From the NCBI GenBank assembly GCA_947177385.1, contig CAMWTZ010000001.1, positions 1 through 40,885 on the forward strand: a stretch of 40,885 nt of DNA. The letters are read 5' to 3'. The DNA is from an uncultured Mycoplasmataceae bacterium. GTDB lineage: Bacteria; Bacillota_I; Bacilli_A; Mycoplasmatales; Mycoplasmoidaceae. Of this stretch, positions 24,345-37,595 are shown in pieces. The notes beneath the pieces are model-generated. The model worked only from the letters and a program-made list of their open reading frames with translations. It did not search any database and had not been told where the DNA came from. Both the position numbers and the translations under genes were made by a program. Position 1 is the first letter of the stretch, and every line of letters begins with the position of its first letter.

Positions 24345-27191
24345 TTAATAACCACGTTGAAATAATTTTTTCAAATAATCTGCAGTATAAGAAAATTTAT
24401 TACTACTTACAATTTGTTCAGGAGTTCCTGTTACTAAGATTTCACCACCACGAATTCCTCCGTCTGGTCCTAAATCTATAATATGATCACAAACTTTAAT
24501 TAAGTCTAAATTGTGTTCAATAATAATTGCTGTGTCACCATTATCAACAATTTTATTTAATACATCTATTAGTTTTGAAATGTCATGAATGTGTAATCCT
24601 GTTGTTGGTTCATCTAAAACAAATAATGTTTTACCTGTTGCTTTACGTTGCAAAAATTTAGCTAATTTAATACGTTGAGCTTCTCCACCAGATAAAACAT
24701 TAGATGAAGCACCTAATTGTAAATATCCTAATCCAACATCTACTAAAAGTTGAAGTTTACGATGAATCATTGGAATGTTAGTAAAAAACTCAGCAGCTTC
24801 TGCAATTGTCATTTTTAAAACATCATAAATTGATTTACCTTTAAATTTAATTTTTAAAGTTTCTTCATTATAACGTTTACCTTGACACTCTTCACATGTG
24901 ATATATACACTTGGTAAAAATTGCATATCAATTTTTATAACACCATCACCTTGACAATGTTCGCAACGACCGCCTTTAACATTAAAACTGAAACGACCTT
25001 TGCTATATCCCTTTTCTTTAGCATCTACAATATTTGAAAAAACATCACGAATATCATCAAATACACCTGTATAAGTAGCAGGATTACTTCTTGGTGTTCT
25101 ACCAATTGGGTCTTGAGAAACTTCAATAATCTTATCAATATTATTTGCTCCAATAATTTCTTTAAAAGGAGCATGATCTTCAAATGGATTAAATAATTGT
25201 TTATTTAATCCTTTAACTAAAGTATCTAATATTAAAGTTGATTTACCTGATCCTGAGACTCCAGTTACTGCAATCATTTTGCCTAATGGTATTTCTAAAT
25301 TAATATTTTTTAAATTGTTACCTGTAGCATTTTTTAAAATAATTTTTTTACCATTACCAGATCTTCTTTTAGTTGGAATAGGAATAAATTTTTTACCAGA
25401 TAAATATTGACCAGTTAAAGAATTAGAATCATTTTTTACTTCATCAACTTCGCCTTGCGAAACAACATATCCTCCTTCAGTCCCTGCTCCTGGACCAATA
25501 TCAATTAGCCAATCAGCAGAATTCATTGTATCTTCATCATGTTCAACTACTAACATTGAGTTTCCAAGATTACAAATTTGTCTAATTGTTTTAATTAATT
25601 TTTCATTATCTTTTTGATGTAAGCCGATTGATGGTTCATCTAAAACATATAAAACACCTGTTAAATGCGAGCCAATTTGAGTTGCCAATCTAATACGTTG
25701 AGCTTCTCCACCAGATAAAGTAGAAGCATTTCTAGATAACATTAAATAATCTAATCCAACATTATTTAAAAAGGATAATCTATCAATAATTTCTTTTAAA
25801 ACTAATTTAGAAATAATTTGTTGATCTTTTGTTAGATTTAATGATAATAAAAAATCTATTGCAGATTGAATGTCTAATTTAGTTAAATCAATAATTGATT
25901 TGTTATTAATTTTTACACATAACGCTAAATCATTCAATCTTTGTCCTTTACATTTAGGGCAAGTTTTTTCTGTCATATATTTAGAGTAATATTCTCTAGC
26001 CATATCACTACTAGTTTCTTGATAACGACGTTTAATTAAATCAAGAGGGCCTTCAACATAATCCAATTGTTCATATTTACGACCATTTGCAGATTCCATA
26101 ATAATTGTGATAGGTTCATCACTGCCATAAAGAATATAATGAATTTCTTTTTCACTTAACTCTGAAATTGGCTTATCAATAGGAATTTGATAGTGCATCA
26201 ACATATTAAAATAACGTTGTCAATCCATATTCGTAGTATTAACTGTATTTTTAAAAAAATCGATAGCGCCATCAATAATACTTAAATCTTTGTTAGGTAT
26301 CATTTTATTTGGATCAGGTTCATATACCACACCAATACCTTTACAATTATCGCAAGCACCTAAAGGACTATTAAATGAAAACAAGCGAGGTTCAAGATTT
26401 GGTATACTAAAACCACATTTGTCACAAGCGTAATGTTCATTAAATAGTTTTTCTTCATTATTATATTGAGCTAAAACAAATCCATTACTAGTTTTTAGTG
26501 CAGTTTCAACAGAATCATTTAAGCGAGATCTTGTTTGAGAATCTTTTCTCAAAATAATTCTATCTACCATTACTTCGATTGTATGCCTTTTGTTTTTATC
26601 TAAATTAATATTGTCATCCAAACTATAAACTTCATTGTCTATTCTGACACGTAAAAAACCACTATTACGCAAATTGTTAAGTAATGATTCATGAGTACCT
26701 TTTTCATTACTTATCATAGGTGAATATAGAATAATTTTTGTTTCTTCTGATAAATCAAACAAGTAGTCAACTATTTGTTTGATTGTTTGTGTCTTAATTA
26801 TTCCATGTCCATTAATACAATATGGAGTTCCAATTCTTGCAAAAAAAACACGTAAATAATCGTAAATTTCAGTAACTGTACCAACAGTAGAACGTGGATT
26901 ATTAGATGTTGATTTTTGATCAATTGCTATACTAGGAGATAATCCTTCAATTGAATCGACATCTGGTTTTTCATTGCCTCCTAGAAATTGACGAGTATAT
27001 GTTGATAATGATTCTAAATATCGACGTTGACCTTCAGCATAAATTGTGTCAAATGCCAAACTAGATTTACCTGATCCTGATAACCCTGTTATTACAACAA
27101 ATTTATTTTTTGGGATAGTTATATCAATATTTTTTAAATTATTCTCACGTGCACCATGAACAATAATTGAATCATTACATTTATTCATCAT
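24345..27191 (-). CDS. uvrA: Excinuclease ABC subunit A, 948 aa
   Basis: [24 protein letters not shown], two LSGGEAQRI signatures, CxxC zinc fingers; the two track ORFs join through a TGA. Confidence 0.97.
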
Positions 27192-27489
27192 TTTCTTTCT
27201 TAATTTCCTTTCAAATTAAATCAGCAATTTCATCTTGATTATTTTCTTGTAATTTATTTTTTATTTTTTGAAGTTGCTCTGAAATACGAAGATCTTCGTT
27301 TTTGGATAAACTATTGTTATTGTCTAATAAATTTGTTAATTCTAAAAAATGCTCATCTAAATCTGGCATTAGTAGTTTAGTTTTATTTTTCAATTTATTT
27401 TTTATTTCTTCAAAATCTGAACTACTAATTGTTTTTGATAATAAAAATCCAATCAAAATTGAGATTCCTAGTTTATTTAGATTCTTCAT
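27181..27489 (-). CDS. Small membrane-anchored coiled-coil protein (YtxH-like), 102 aa
   Basis: N-terminal [12 protein letters not shown] followed by a charged helix [10 protein letters not shown]; TGA read-through to TAA 27181-27183, overlapping the uvrA start. Confidence 0.65.
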
Positions 27490-27787
27490 TATTAATATCT
27501 TTTGAATTATTCTTTAATTTTTTATCATTTTTTTCTAACATTACTTTACTAATAACATCTGCGTTATTTTTAACTAAATCTTCTGCAGCATTTATATAAT
27601 TGGATATCTTAACAATAGATGAAACTACATCATTCATTTTTTCAGATTTATATGTTAAATCTTCAATTAAATAATCTAATTTTTTTGATACTATTGACAT
27701 TCGTCGCAAAGCTCAAACAAAGTACATAAAAGCTAAAATAGCGACAACACATAAAACAGTAATAAGAACAATTAATCAAGTAGGCAT
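27473..27787 (-). CDS. Small membrane-anchored coiled-coil protein (DUF948/YtxG-like), 104 aa
   Basis: MPTWLIVLITVLCVVAILAFMYFVWALRR transmembrane helix followed by a heptad-like helix; overlaps the next gene by 17 bp. Confidence 0.7.
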
Positions 27788-27867
27788 TTTATATAAATAA
27801 GTATATTTAAAAATTATACTTGATAAAAGTAATTAGTATTTATTCTTTAATTCAATATAGACAATAA

Positions 27868-30800
27868 CTATGCAGTAGTAGTTGGTTTTGTTGGAGCTGT
27901 AGACATTGTGAATGATAAAGTTACTTGTTGAGTAATAGATTTAGTTACAACACCAGTTGCATCTGTATATGTATATAAAACAGGTCGATCAAAGTTAATA
28001 TACAAATTATATGTATAAGTTTTATTTAATAATTGAGTAACTTGTCCACTAATTCCTGCTTGAAAATTTACTGAATTTGAAATATTGTAATATTTTTTGA
28101 TTAAATCATTTAATGCTATAGAAGCGCCACTTTCCATTGTTAAAATATCTTGATTTGCATTACTAGTTGAAGCAGTTCAAACTAGATAATTATTAACAAA
28201 ATTAGTTAAATCTGTTATTAATTCAGTCTCTCCTTGACCAATACGTTCAACATTATAATTAGGATTATAAACATTGGTGTTGTAATCTTTAATACTTGAA
28301 GTTGTATTAGATTGGAAAATTGAAGAAATATTAGTGGTGCTTGGTTCTGGATTTATAATAATTGGTTTATTTATTTTATTTGCTGGTAGCAGAGAAATTG
28401 CTATTTTAAGTGCAGATGGTAAATTAGATGAATATTGTTTTATATCAATTTGATCCAATAAAAACTTTTTAAAAGTGGAATATTGACAACCATAATATTT
28501 TTGTGTTTTCAATAAATTTAATTGTTCTGTTTTGAGATCTTTGTTTGTATAGGAGATATTTAATGCATATGTTGATGTAGATGAATTATTAGAATAATTA
28601 ATCTTAACTGCAGCATCATTTGCGGAGTTTAAAGTAAATTCTTGATTAGCATTATCTAATACAGTTCGATCATTAAAAATAATATTTTCAAATGCATCAT
28701 ATCCTCAATTAATAATTCCATCACTAGTAATAATTGGGTAAATTGAAGCATTTGTTGCTTTATATTGAAGAATAAAATTATTTTCTGGTTTTATTGTTAA
28801 ATCTGTTGGAAAAATTCTTGCTAAATCTATACTTAATTTAGCAATACCATTTGAGTCTACATAATCTGTAAAAGAAATTCCTGCAAAGAGATACAATCAA
28901 CTACGAAGATTAGATTTACTAATAGTTACTAAACTCGAAACTGCAGTTGGAAGTAAACCTGTAATATATGTAACTAAATTATCAAAATCAGCATCAGTAA
29001 TTCCAATTTTTAAATTATCTAAAAAACATGAAATTGGTAATAAATCCCATTTAAGTTCTTGTTTGAATGAATAATTAACTTCTAAATCTTGTGTAACTTG
29101 ATAATTTGAATATGAAAAATTATTATTTACTATCATATTAATATTAGATTGTGAATTACCCATTGCATTTAATACGTTAGATAATAGCATTTCTTTACCA
29201 CCATAAGTTACATTAAAAAGTGATTTAATGCATTTTCCAATTTGATTAGATAAAGTTGTAGTTGTAGAACCACTTGCAATTTTATAACCTGTTTTTGGAT
29301 CTAATGAATATGTACCAGATTTAGTAAATATACCGGTAGTTGGTTTTGTATCTACAATTGCATTTTCAAAAGTTGCATTTGTATTATCAATAATTGTTTG
29401 AGACACTTCAACATTATTAGCCAGAATATTAGAAATAAAACTTAAAATATTCGCAGTTGATGCATCTATAGGCGCTAATATTGAAGAGATAAGTGTAAGA
29501 ATAGAATTTGCACTATTATTGTTTGTTAATTCATATGTAAAAATATCTAATGCATGAATGTTTTTATATTTTTCTTGCATTGCAGCAGTATTTTGAATTG
29601 TTGTAGCCCTAGTAGTAGTTGGATAAAGAGTCTTGCTATATTCAACTAAATTATTTAAATAAGTATGAACAGATTTTATAATGTTTTGGGTAGAAAAACC
29701 TAAATTAGTTGTAACAGAATCTTGTGATAAATATGTTAGAACATAATCCATATTATTAAAAGCAAACTCAACAATAGGAACATCTTGTGATAAGCCTCTC
29801 ATAATTTGTCCTACCATAGGTAAAATCCATGCAGCTCCATTATCTAGCAATTTTTCAAGAGTAGGATATAGTCCTTCAATACTTGCTACTCATTGATGCA
29901 TCTTAATAGGGTCGTTGTGATTACTAATAATCTCTGATAATAATTTAATAATTTCAGTTAATTGAGTGGATGAACCATTATCAAGAGAATTTAAAATATT
30001 GATAATTGAATCAATATTGTTTAACAAATAAATAGATGTCTTATTTGTAGTAAATAATTGTGAGACAAGATTAGAAATATCAGGATTATTTGTTATTGCA
30101 TTAATAATGTTATACATTTCTGAACTAATGTTTTGTAATAAATCATAGATGGTTGGATTGTCAGAGATTTTTAACATTAAAGATTCAACTGATTTTACAA
30201 TAGTTGAAACCATATTATATGATTCAGTTAATTGTTGTAATTTCAAATTTTTTAATGAATCAGCAGTCACTAATGTTTTGCTTTTTTCAATAACACTTAA
30301 AGAATCAATAAAATTTTTATCAACAGTGACTTTTTCCACTATACATTGTAGAGATAATGAATTACCAAAAATATTAGCATTATTTATAATAGAACTAGAA
30401 AATCATGAATCTGAAACATCATCAAAATTTGTAGCTAATCAATTAATTTGTGGGACAACTTTATTGTCATTTGATGCTTCTGGTACATCCTTGATATATT
30501 TAACAGTAACATTACTAAAAGTTGGAACTAAATTTGCAGAATTAGACAATGATGTATTTTCAACTAAAGTAGGAGTGATTTTGGAATTGTTTAATTCTAT
30601 TAAAATAACAATATTTGAATTACCCTCTATTAAAACTTCTTCATTTGTAATAGGCAATTTTAGTTTTTTAGTTAATGTTGTTTTATTGTAAATATTTAAT
30701 CCTATTGAACCTGTAAATCCTGTAGATTCATTATATGTAACATTGTTACATGCATATAATCCTGTTGTATATAAACTTGGTATATTTCATTCATCAAAAA

Positions 30801-31869
30801 TGTAATTAAAATAGTTATTAACAAAGAAATTGTAATCTTTTTTAAAATGAGATAAATTGTAACTACTAATTTTTTTATTAACTATATTAGCATTTAAATT
30901 TAAGAAATCACTATAAGTTAATAATAAAGTATCCAATGGTAAAGTTGGAGTAATTGTTGTGTTAGTATTGTATTTTCAATCACTTACATCTGGATACAAA
31001 CTTTGATTTTGAAGAATATCAATAAAATCGTTATTAATATCTGATCCAAAAATATCAAGAAGATATTTAGATGGAATACATGTAACATCAACTTCTTTTT
31101 GTGAAATAACAAGTTGTCCTAAACCTTTTGAATTAGAACCACTACCATAATCAAAAAATAATAAATTTAATGATTTAGTATTTTCATTTGTATTATTTGT
31201 TATTTCGCCAAAACGAATAGTTGGTTCATCATTAACATTTCTATATAATATTTTAGTTGTATTAATATTTAGACCTGCTGCAATACAAATTTGCTCATCA
31301 GTAACTATTTCTGGATTCAAAATATCTTCAAAAGTATAATTGACTAAAAAGTTATTTTTGTTGTATGTCTTTGTATTACTATTTAAAAAATTGTTAATTA
31401 ATTCATTTGTATATTTTTTAAAAACAATAGATATTTTAGAAATTTCAGACGAATTATTATCTGTTAAGGAATCTGATTCTGTAACAAAAGTTGAAACAAC
31501 ATTTGATGCAACATTTATGTTAATTTGAAAATTAGTCAAATCTAGTTCAACTGAATTTCAATTAATTGAATAATTTGATAATAAATTATTAGTAAAAGTT
31601 GATAAAGACTCATTTAACTTATCAATAAATTCTGTATTTGTTGCATTTTGCATCAAATATTGATATATATTGAAAATTGAAGAACTTTCAATATTAGCAA
31701 AATTACTAAAAAAATTAGAATTAATTAGAATGGATTTATTGCTTTGATCTACTTTAAAATCTCAATTATCGCTAGATACACAAGAACTAGTAATAACAGG
31801 AAGCACTAACGTACTAGGAACTAATAATGAAGTAAAAGCAATAAACATTTTTAATTTATTTTTCTTCAT
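27868..31869 (-). CDS. Large surface lipoprotein, 1333 aa, tentatively P116-family (lipid acquisition)
   Basis: AAGGAG RBS; signal MKKNKLKMFIAFTSLLVPSTLVLPVITSS|C; seven track ORFs share one frame with no TAA/TAG in the gaps (checked by hand); central amphipathic helices. The CDS is well supported; the family call is an inference. Confidence 0.75.
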
Positions 31870-31922
31870 AATCATTCTCCTTGTAATTTATAAATAAATT
31901 AATTATAAGACTTTTATATTCT

Positions 31923-33065
31923 TTAATTATTAAAATTTAAAGTAAATTTGTAATTATAAGATGGTGTTGTAATTGACTCAAATGTTATAACAATTGTTGG
32001 TGGATTACTATATTCATTTGTAACCATATTATAGTTATTTACTACTTGAGTATTATTTGTGGAATTTGACAATAGACAATCCCTAAGTGGTTGAATTGTA
32101 GATAAACTAGAAACATATTTATTTAATGCATTATAAATATCTATTTGTTGCATATTTATAATTTCATCAAATGTTGTTGCATTGTTAAAAAACTTTTTAA
32201 CATCACTTGTCTCTAAAACAAAAGATGTTTTTAATTCTTTGCCTGCATATGGAGAAATTTGTATATTAATTATAATTTCACCAAATTGAGATGCATTTGC
32301 TAATTTACTAATTTGTTCTTTATAAATTGGATTAACAATATAGTGTAATTCATATATATTGTTAGTTTTAAGGACGCCTTTGTCATAAATATAACCAAAA
32401 TCTGGAATAATTCAATTATCTGACTTTGGGTTAGCTTGTAAAAAATAATTATTTATTTGTTCTTTTCATTGACTACCAGTTATATCTTTGTATGAAATGT
32501 TACTAATTGAGCCTAAATCTTCTTGAGAAAATGTTTTATATTGACTACTATTTTCTCCAACAAATAAATATGAAGGTCTAAAGATAGAATTAGCAAATAA
32601 GTAAATATTTTTAATAATAATATTATAAATATTACCATTATAAGAGCAATTGAAACTTATATTTACTTTTGATTGGTTAGCTAATTTTTCGTCTTCTGTC
32701 CATTCTGAATTTATTTCAATATTTGCATCATTAAAATTGTAGAAATCCAATTTTGACAAATCTATTGTTTGAAATGAAATTGCTGAATCATCAATAGATG
32801 AATCATTATTGATTTTGTTCTCTAAATCTAATAAATTTACAAATTCAATAAAATCAGAATTATTTGGATCTTTGTTTTTCAATAAACTAATTAAATCATC
32901 TTTTGAGTATGTAGAAAGATTAGAAGAATTTGTTAAATTTTGAAAATCTAAAGTAATAGTTTGTTTTTCTATAGTACTAGTTTGACTACATGAAGTTAAA
33001 GTAATGCTAGTCACTGGTAAAAATGATAAAAAAGATAAACTCAACAATAAAAATATTTTTTTCAT
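31923..33065 (-). CDS. Lipoprotein of unknown function, 380 aa
   Basis: MKKIFLLLSLSFLSFLPVTSITLTS|C lipoprotein signal; frame continuous through TGA codons to TAA 31923; ATG directly abuts the permease stop. Confidence 0.85.
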
Positions 33066-36000
33066 TTATTTCACCGCAATTGCTTCCGCTGGATTCAATT
33101 TTTTCATCTTTTTGTAAATATATAAAAGAATTAAAGAAAGAATTCCACCAACTAAAACAAATCCACCTATAAAAACTCATCAATAAATTACTGGAGTAAT
33201 AATAATGTTAAATGAATTAAAAGTAACAAGTTTTAAAATGCTACTAAATAAATAAGACATTGGAACTGATATTAATGTTCCTAAAACTAATACAAAATAA
33301 TAAACAAATGCCAATGAGAATGCTGTTTGTATATCGCTGTATCCTAAAACCTTTAAAATGGCAATTAATTTTTGTGATTCAAAAACTACAATAATTGCAA
33401 TTAATGAAATAATAACTAATAAAGTAACAATAAATGTTATAGCAATAATAGCATCAATATTTATAAGTGCATAATCGAAATAACTACCTACTGCAACTGT
33501 AGCATTAGAGATGTCTATTGTTGATACTGATGAAACTAGTAATGAGGATGATTCAAATAAATCAATAAATCTTCTCATTCAATTACCAACCATATCCACA
33601 TCTAAAGTAGAAGTAGCAAAATTAAATTTTTGTTGTGTATTTAGTACTTTCGTCATAATAGTATTATTAGCTCTATTAACAAATAAACTAGTATTCATTA
33701 ATTGATCAAACTTATTTCAATTATTTAAAATAACTGAAAATAATGCACCAATATTTTGAGATTGACCTTCTCCAGTTCCAAAATTATAACCAAAATTAGA
33801 TATTATTGTAGATAAACCACTAGGTATATACATACCAGCATAATTGTTTAAAAATACTATATCTGTATTATTTGAGAATATTCCATTAAATGGAATATAT
33901 CCCTGACCTGGATAAATTGGAGATTTTCAATCAGTATATGTGACATCACTAAAATCTTGATAACCTAAAATTTTATTTGCATATTCTTGTAATGTATAAT
34001 ACTGTTCTTCAAAATTAGTATCTGTGATCCCAATTACTTCAAATTGACATTGATAAGGAGATATTATATCTGTTGTTGAAGATGCAAATTCATTGTAATT
34101 AGTAATATTGAAACGATCAAATGTATTAGTTGGTGTTGCAACAAATTTGCTATTAACTCCTAATCCTCATCGTTTTGCTACAACATTATTAATAATAATT
34201 GGGTATGTTATTAATTCATTGGATGCAGGTTGTTCTACTATATAATCAATCAATTTTTGTTTTAAATCATTTTTATTTGTATCTAGCAAATCAACAAATT
34301 TTGAATTAGGCTTAATGCCTACAACTTTACCTGATACTGGTGTTTTATCTACTTCATAGTTGATATTAACATAAGTATATGTCTCATCATTATTTTCTAC
34401 TGGAACAATATTAGAAGAGATTTTATAATTATAATTTGGTACTAATTGTTCTTGTGCACCTAAATTAGGATTTTTAGGATAAATGTATTTATATCACATT
34501 TGATATAGTGGATTAGAATTATTTGTCAACATTTGAACAAATAAACTAACTGTTTGTGATTTAAAAGTAAATGAAGGAGCTGCGTATTTAGCCTGATCTT
34601 TATTTAATACTCAATATTTGTTACCATTTTCAATATTTGTATCTCGAACAAATATTCATTTTTCTAAATTTGCATTTGGATCATCATAATTTTCAAATAA
34701 ATCAGATCCATCTAGTGTAAATGGTTGTTTGTCGATATTAGGTAAAAATGTTGAATAATAAATAGGAGAATTATTAAATTTTTCATATGGTGTGCCAACT
34801 AATTCTGGAATATTAATATAATTTGCAGAATCACCTGCTAAAGCAATTTTATTTTGTTCTTGCAATCAATAATAGAAATCAAAATTAACTTGTGCTAGCA
34901 TTTCAGTGTTTTTTTCTGCTAAATATAAAACAGATTCAGGAATAATTTGTTTTGCAAACTCTCAAGGATTAATAGTTGCACCCAAGGCATTAATTTCTAC
35001 ATCCAATAATAATTTGTTAAATACACGATTATTTAAAAATTGGAAATTTCAATTTATTTCATTAGACAAATCTGAACTAGTTAAAAATAAACTTGTAAAG
35101 AACTTGTTGTCAGAATAAGGATATGTCATTGCATTATAATATTCTAAACCTGTATAAAATTCACTATTCATATTTAGCGGGTTATTATAATTTAAATTTG
35201 TGCTATAACTACCTGGAGTTGGATCATATGCATTGAAACTACCTTTTTGAGATGTTCCAATTTCTGAATATGGAATATCAGAATAGTATCCAGAATTAAT
35301 AGTTGGTGAATATAAATCAATAGATGAATAATATTTTTTATTTTCTAAATTATTTGACAATGATGTTTTAAAAATATTTAAACTACTAATGCACATTGAA
35401 CAAATAGTAATAAATGTTGTTGTAGTGAAAAGTAAAATCATGAAACGTGAAACATTACTCATCATCAAAGTCAATCTAAAAGATCATATTGGTTTGAATA
35501 ATGAAGTAACTTTTTTAGTTCAAATTACTAAAGGATTGACTTTAAAAGTACCTGTATCTTGCAATAGAGATTGTGTATTTTTTCGCAATAAATAGAAAAT
35601 AATGCCTATTATTAGTGAATACAAAAGAACAAAAATAACACCAACAATAGCAGCTCATATTCAAACTCAATTATAAAGTTGAACGTTTGTGATAACTAGT
35701 GTTCAATAATTAGAAATAATATTTATTGTTGGAGTAGTCAAAGCAAAAGATATAAAAAACCCTATAGTTCCAAACAATAAGGATGGAATTAACGCAAATG
35801 GGAAAAACGATAATGCTAATATAAATTTGTTTGTACCATTTGCTAAACCAATTCCAAATGTAATAATATTTTGTTTAATTATTGAGCGAATTAATAAAGC
35901 TAAAAATATTAAAGCTAATATTAAAACAACAGCACCAATAGTTATACCAATAATTACAACTATTCTTTGAACATTATTTAAGAAATTACTTCAAATATAG

Positions 36001-37502
36001 AAAATGAAATTTTGTTGTGAACTATCATTCAAAGCAAATGCAGTTACCTCATTATAATTTTCTAATGTTCAATTTTTTAGTTCTGACAATAGTTTATTTT
36101 TAGTAAAAATATTGTTACGAGCAGATGGAGGATAACGAACAGAATAATATACAAATGGTTTATATGAAGTTCCATCAATTGAACGAGTGAATCCACCTGA
36201 ATTTATATATGCAACACCATTATTTTTTGAATCTACAAAAATTTGAGATGCACTTTGAGATGGATACAATAAATTTGGGGTATCACCAATACCAATTATT
36301 CCAAATGAATTAGAGTTAATATTTATTTTATATTTATCATCTAATTGATTAAATCATGATAAAAAATCATGATATGTTCGATATTCTTTAGTATCATCAT
36401 CATAAACTTGATAATTTGTATATTGTCCATTAATTGGATATTGTTTGTATGGTAATAAAAAAACATCTTGTAAAACACGAGAACTAATAATAGATTTAAC
36501 GTTTTTATTACTTTCTATATAATCAGATGATAAAACAGAAAAGTAAGATGAAATTTGATTACAACGTGTAGTAAAAGGAATATTTGCACTGATTCCAATT
36601 AATGGAATAACTTGTGTCATTATGAAACTTACACCATAATCCGAATAGTTAACACCAGTTAGGGATAAAAGTGCTCCTAATTTAGCAAAATATGAATTAG
36701 TATTTAAAATTAATTCAGCACTAGTAGTTGGAGGGGTTGTATTAGTAAATAAACGATAATTTGTATTAAAATCATCCTCATTTGAAGGAGGGATAGAGAT
36801 ATCTTTTATAAGAGGTATTACTTTATTTAAGAAATCAGAAGAAATATTTCAATTTGAATGTAATAACAATTCTGCAAATAATCATGGACGATTATTTAAA
36901 TAATTTTCATATTGGAAATAGCTCATTGCATTTGCTATTGATTCATCCACTAAATGATTATTCATATATTGATTATAAAAACTAAAATAATTTACATTAT
37001 TCCCAACAACAAGAGAGTAGTCAGTATCTTTTGGGAATGAAGTGTTTGTTTTTAAAACTAGTTTATTAACAATATTAGTATTGCCATTTGAATCAGTGTT
37101 CAAAGAGTTTTGTTCTTCTACTAATGAAAGAATAAAATTTTGATTACTAACAACATCTGAAACTGGTAAATTTTTAGATATTGAAAATTCAAAACCATTT
37201 GATTTTAAATATTCTTCTAAATTAGCATCTAAAGTTGTGCTATTAATCCCTGTTTCTCTTTGTTGTTGACTTTGTTGAAGAGTTGTATCAGGAATAGAAA
37301 TTGTTAAATCTGCTAAATTTCCATTTTTCACAATTTCATCTTTTGAACGAATAGTCAAGAAAATTGACATAAAAGTTACAACTAAAGTTGTAGTTGCAAT
37401 CAATAACAAAACTCCTAAGAATGAAATAAGCATCTTAGTTTTACTTAAAATTCGAAAGGAGTTTCTTGTAAAAATTCAAAATAAATTGTTCTTTTTTTTC
37501 AT
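33066..37502 (-). CDS. Large ABC transporter permease with two FtsX/MacB-type halves, 1478 aa
   Basis: TM, large extracellular domain, then a TM cluster (LIRSIIKQNIITFGIGLANG), and the same layout again (ESQKLIAILKVLGYS); ends KKLNPAEAIAVK. Six track ORFs share one frame. Confidence 0.88.
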
Positions 37503-37526
37503 ATTTTAGAAAAAATATAATAATAA

Positions 37527-37532
37527 ATTATA
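37527..37532 (-). promoter_or_regulatory. Putative -10 box (TATAAT) of the permease/lipoprotein genes
   Basis: TATAAT 24 nt upstream of ATG 37502, immediately after the T11 tail of the rplA terminator. Confidence 0.5.
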
Positions 37533-37533
37533 C

Positions 37534-37570
37534 AAAAAAAAAAACATAACAAATTATTTTGCTATGTTTT
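37534..37570 (-). terminator. Intrinsic terminator of rplK-rplA
   Basis: Minus strand AAAACATAGCAAA-ATAA-TTTGTTATGTTTT stem running into T11. Confidence 0.8.
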
Positions 37571-37595
37571 AAATTAATTTATTGATTAAATTATA

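Noticed and set aside
27790-27867. Terminator after the large lipoprotein (AAGTATA...TATACTT)
   Set aside because: Weak AT-rich stem with no convincing U-tract; cannot be distinguished from background.
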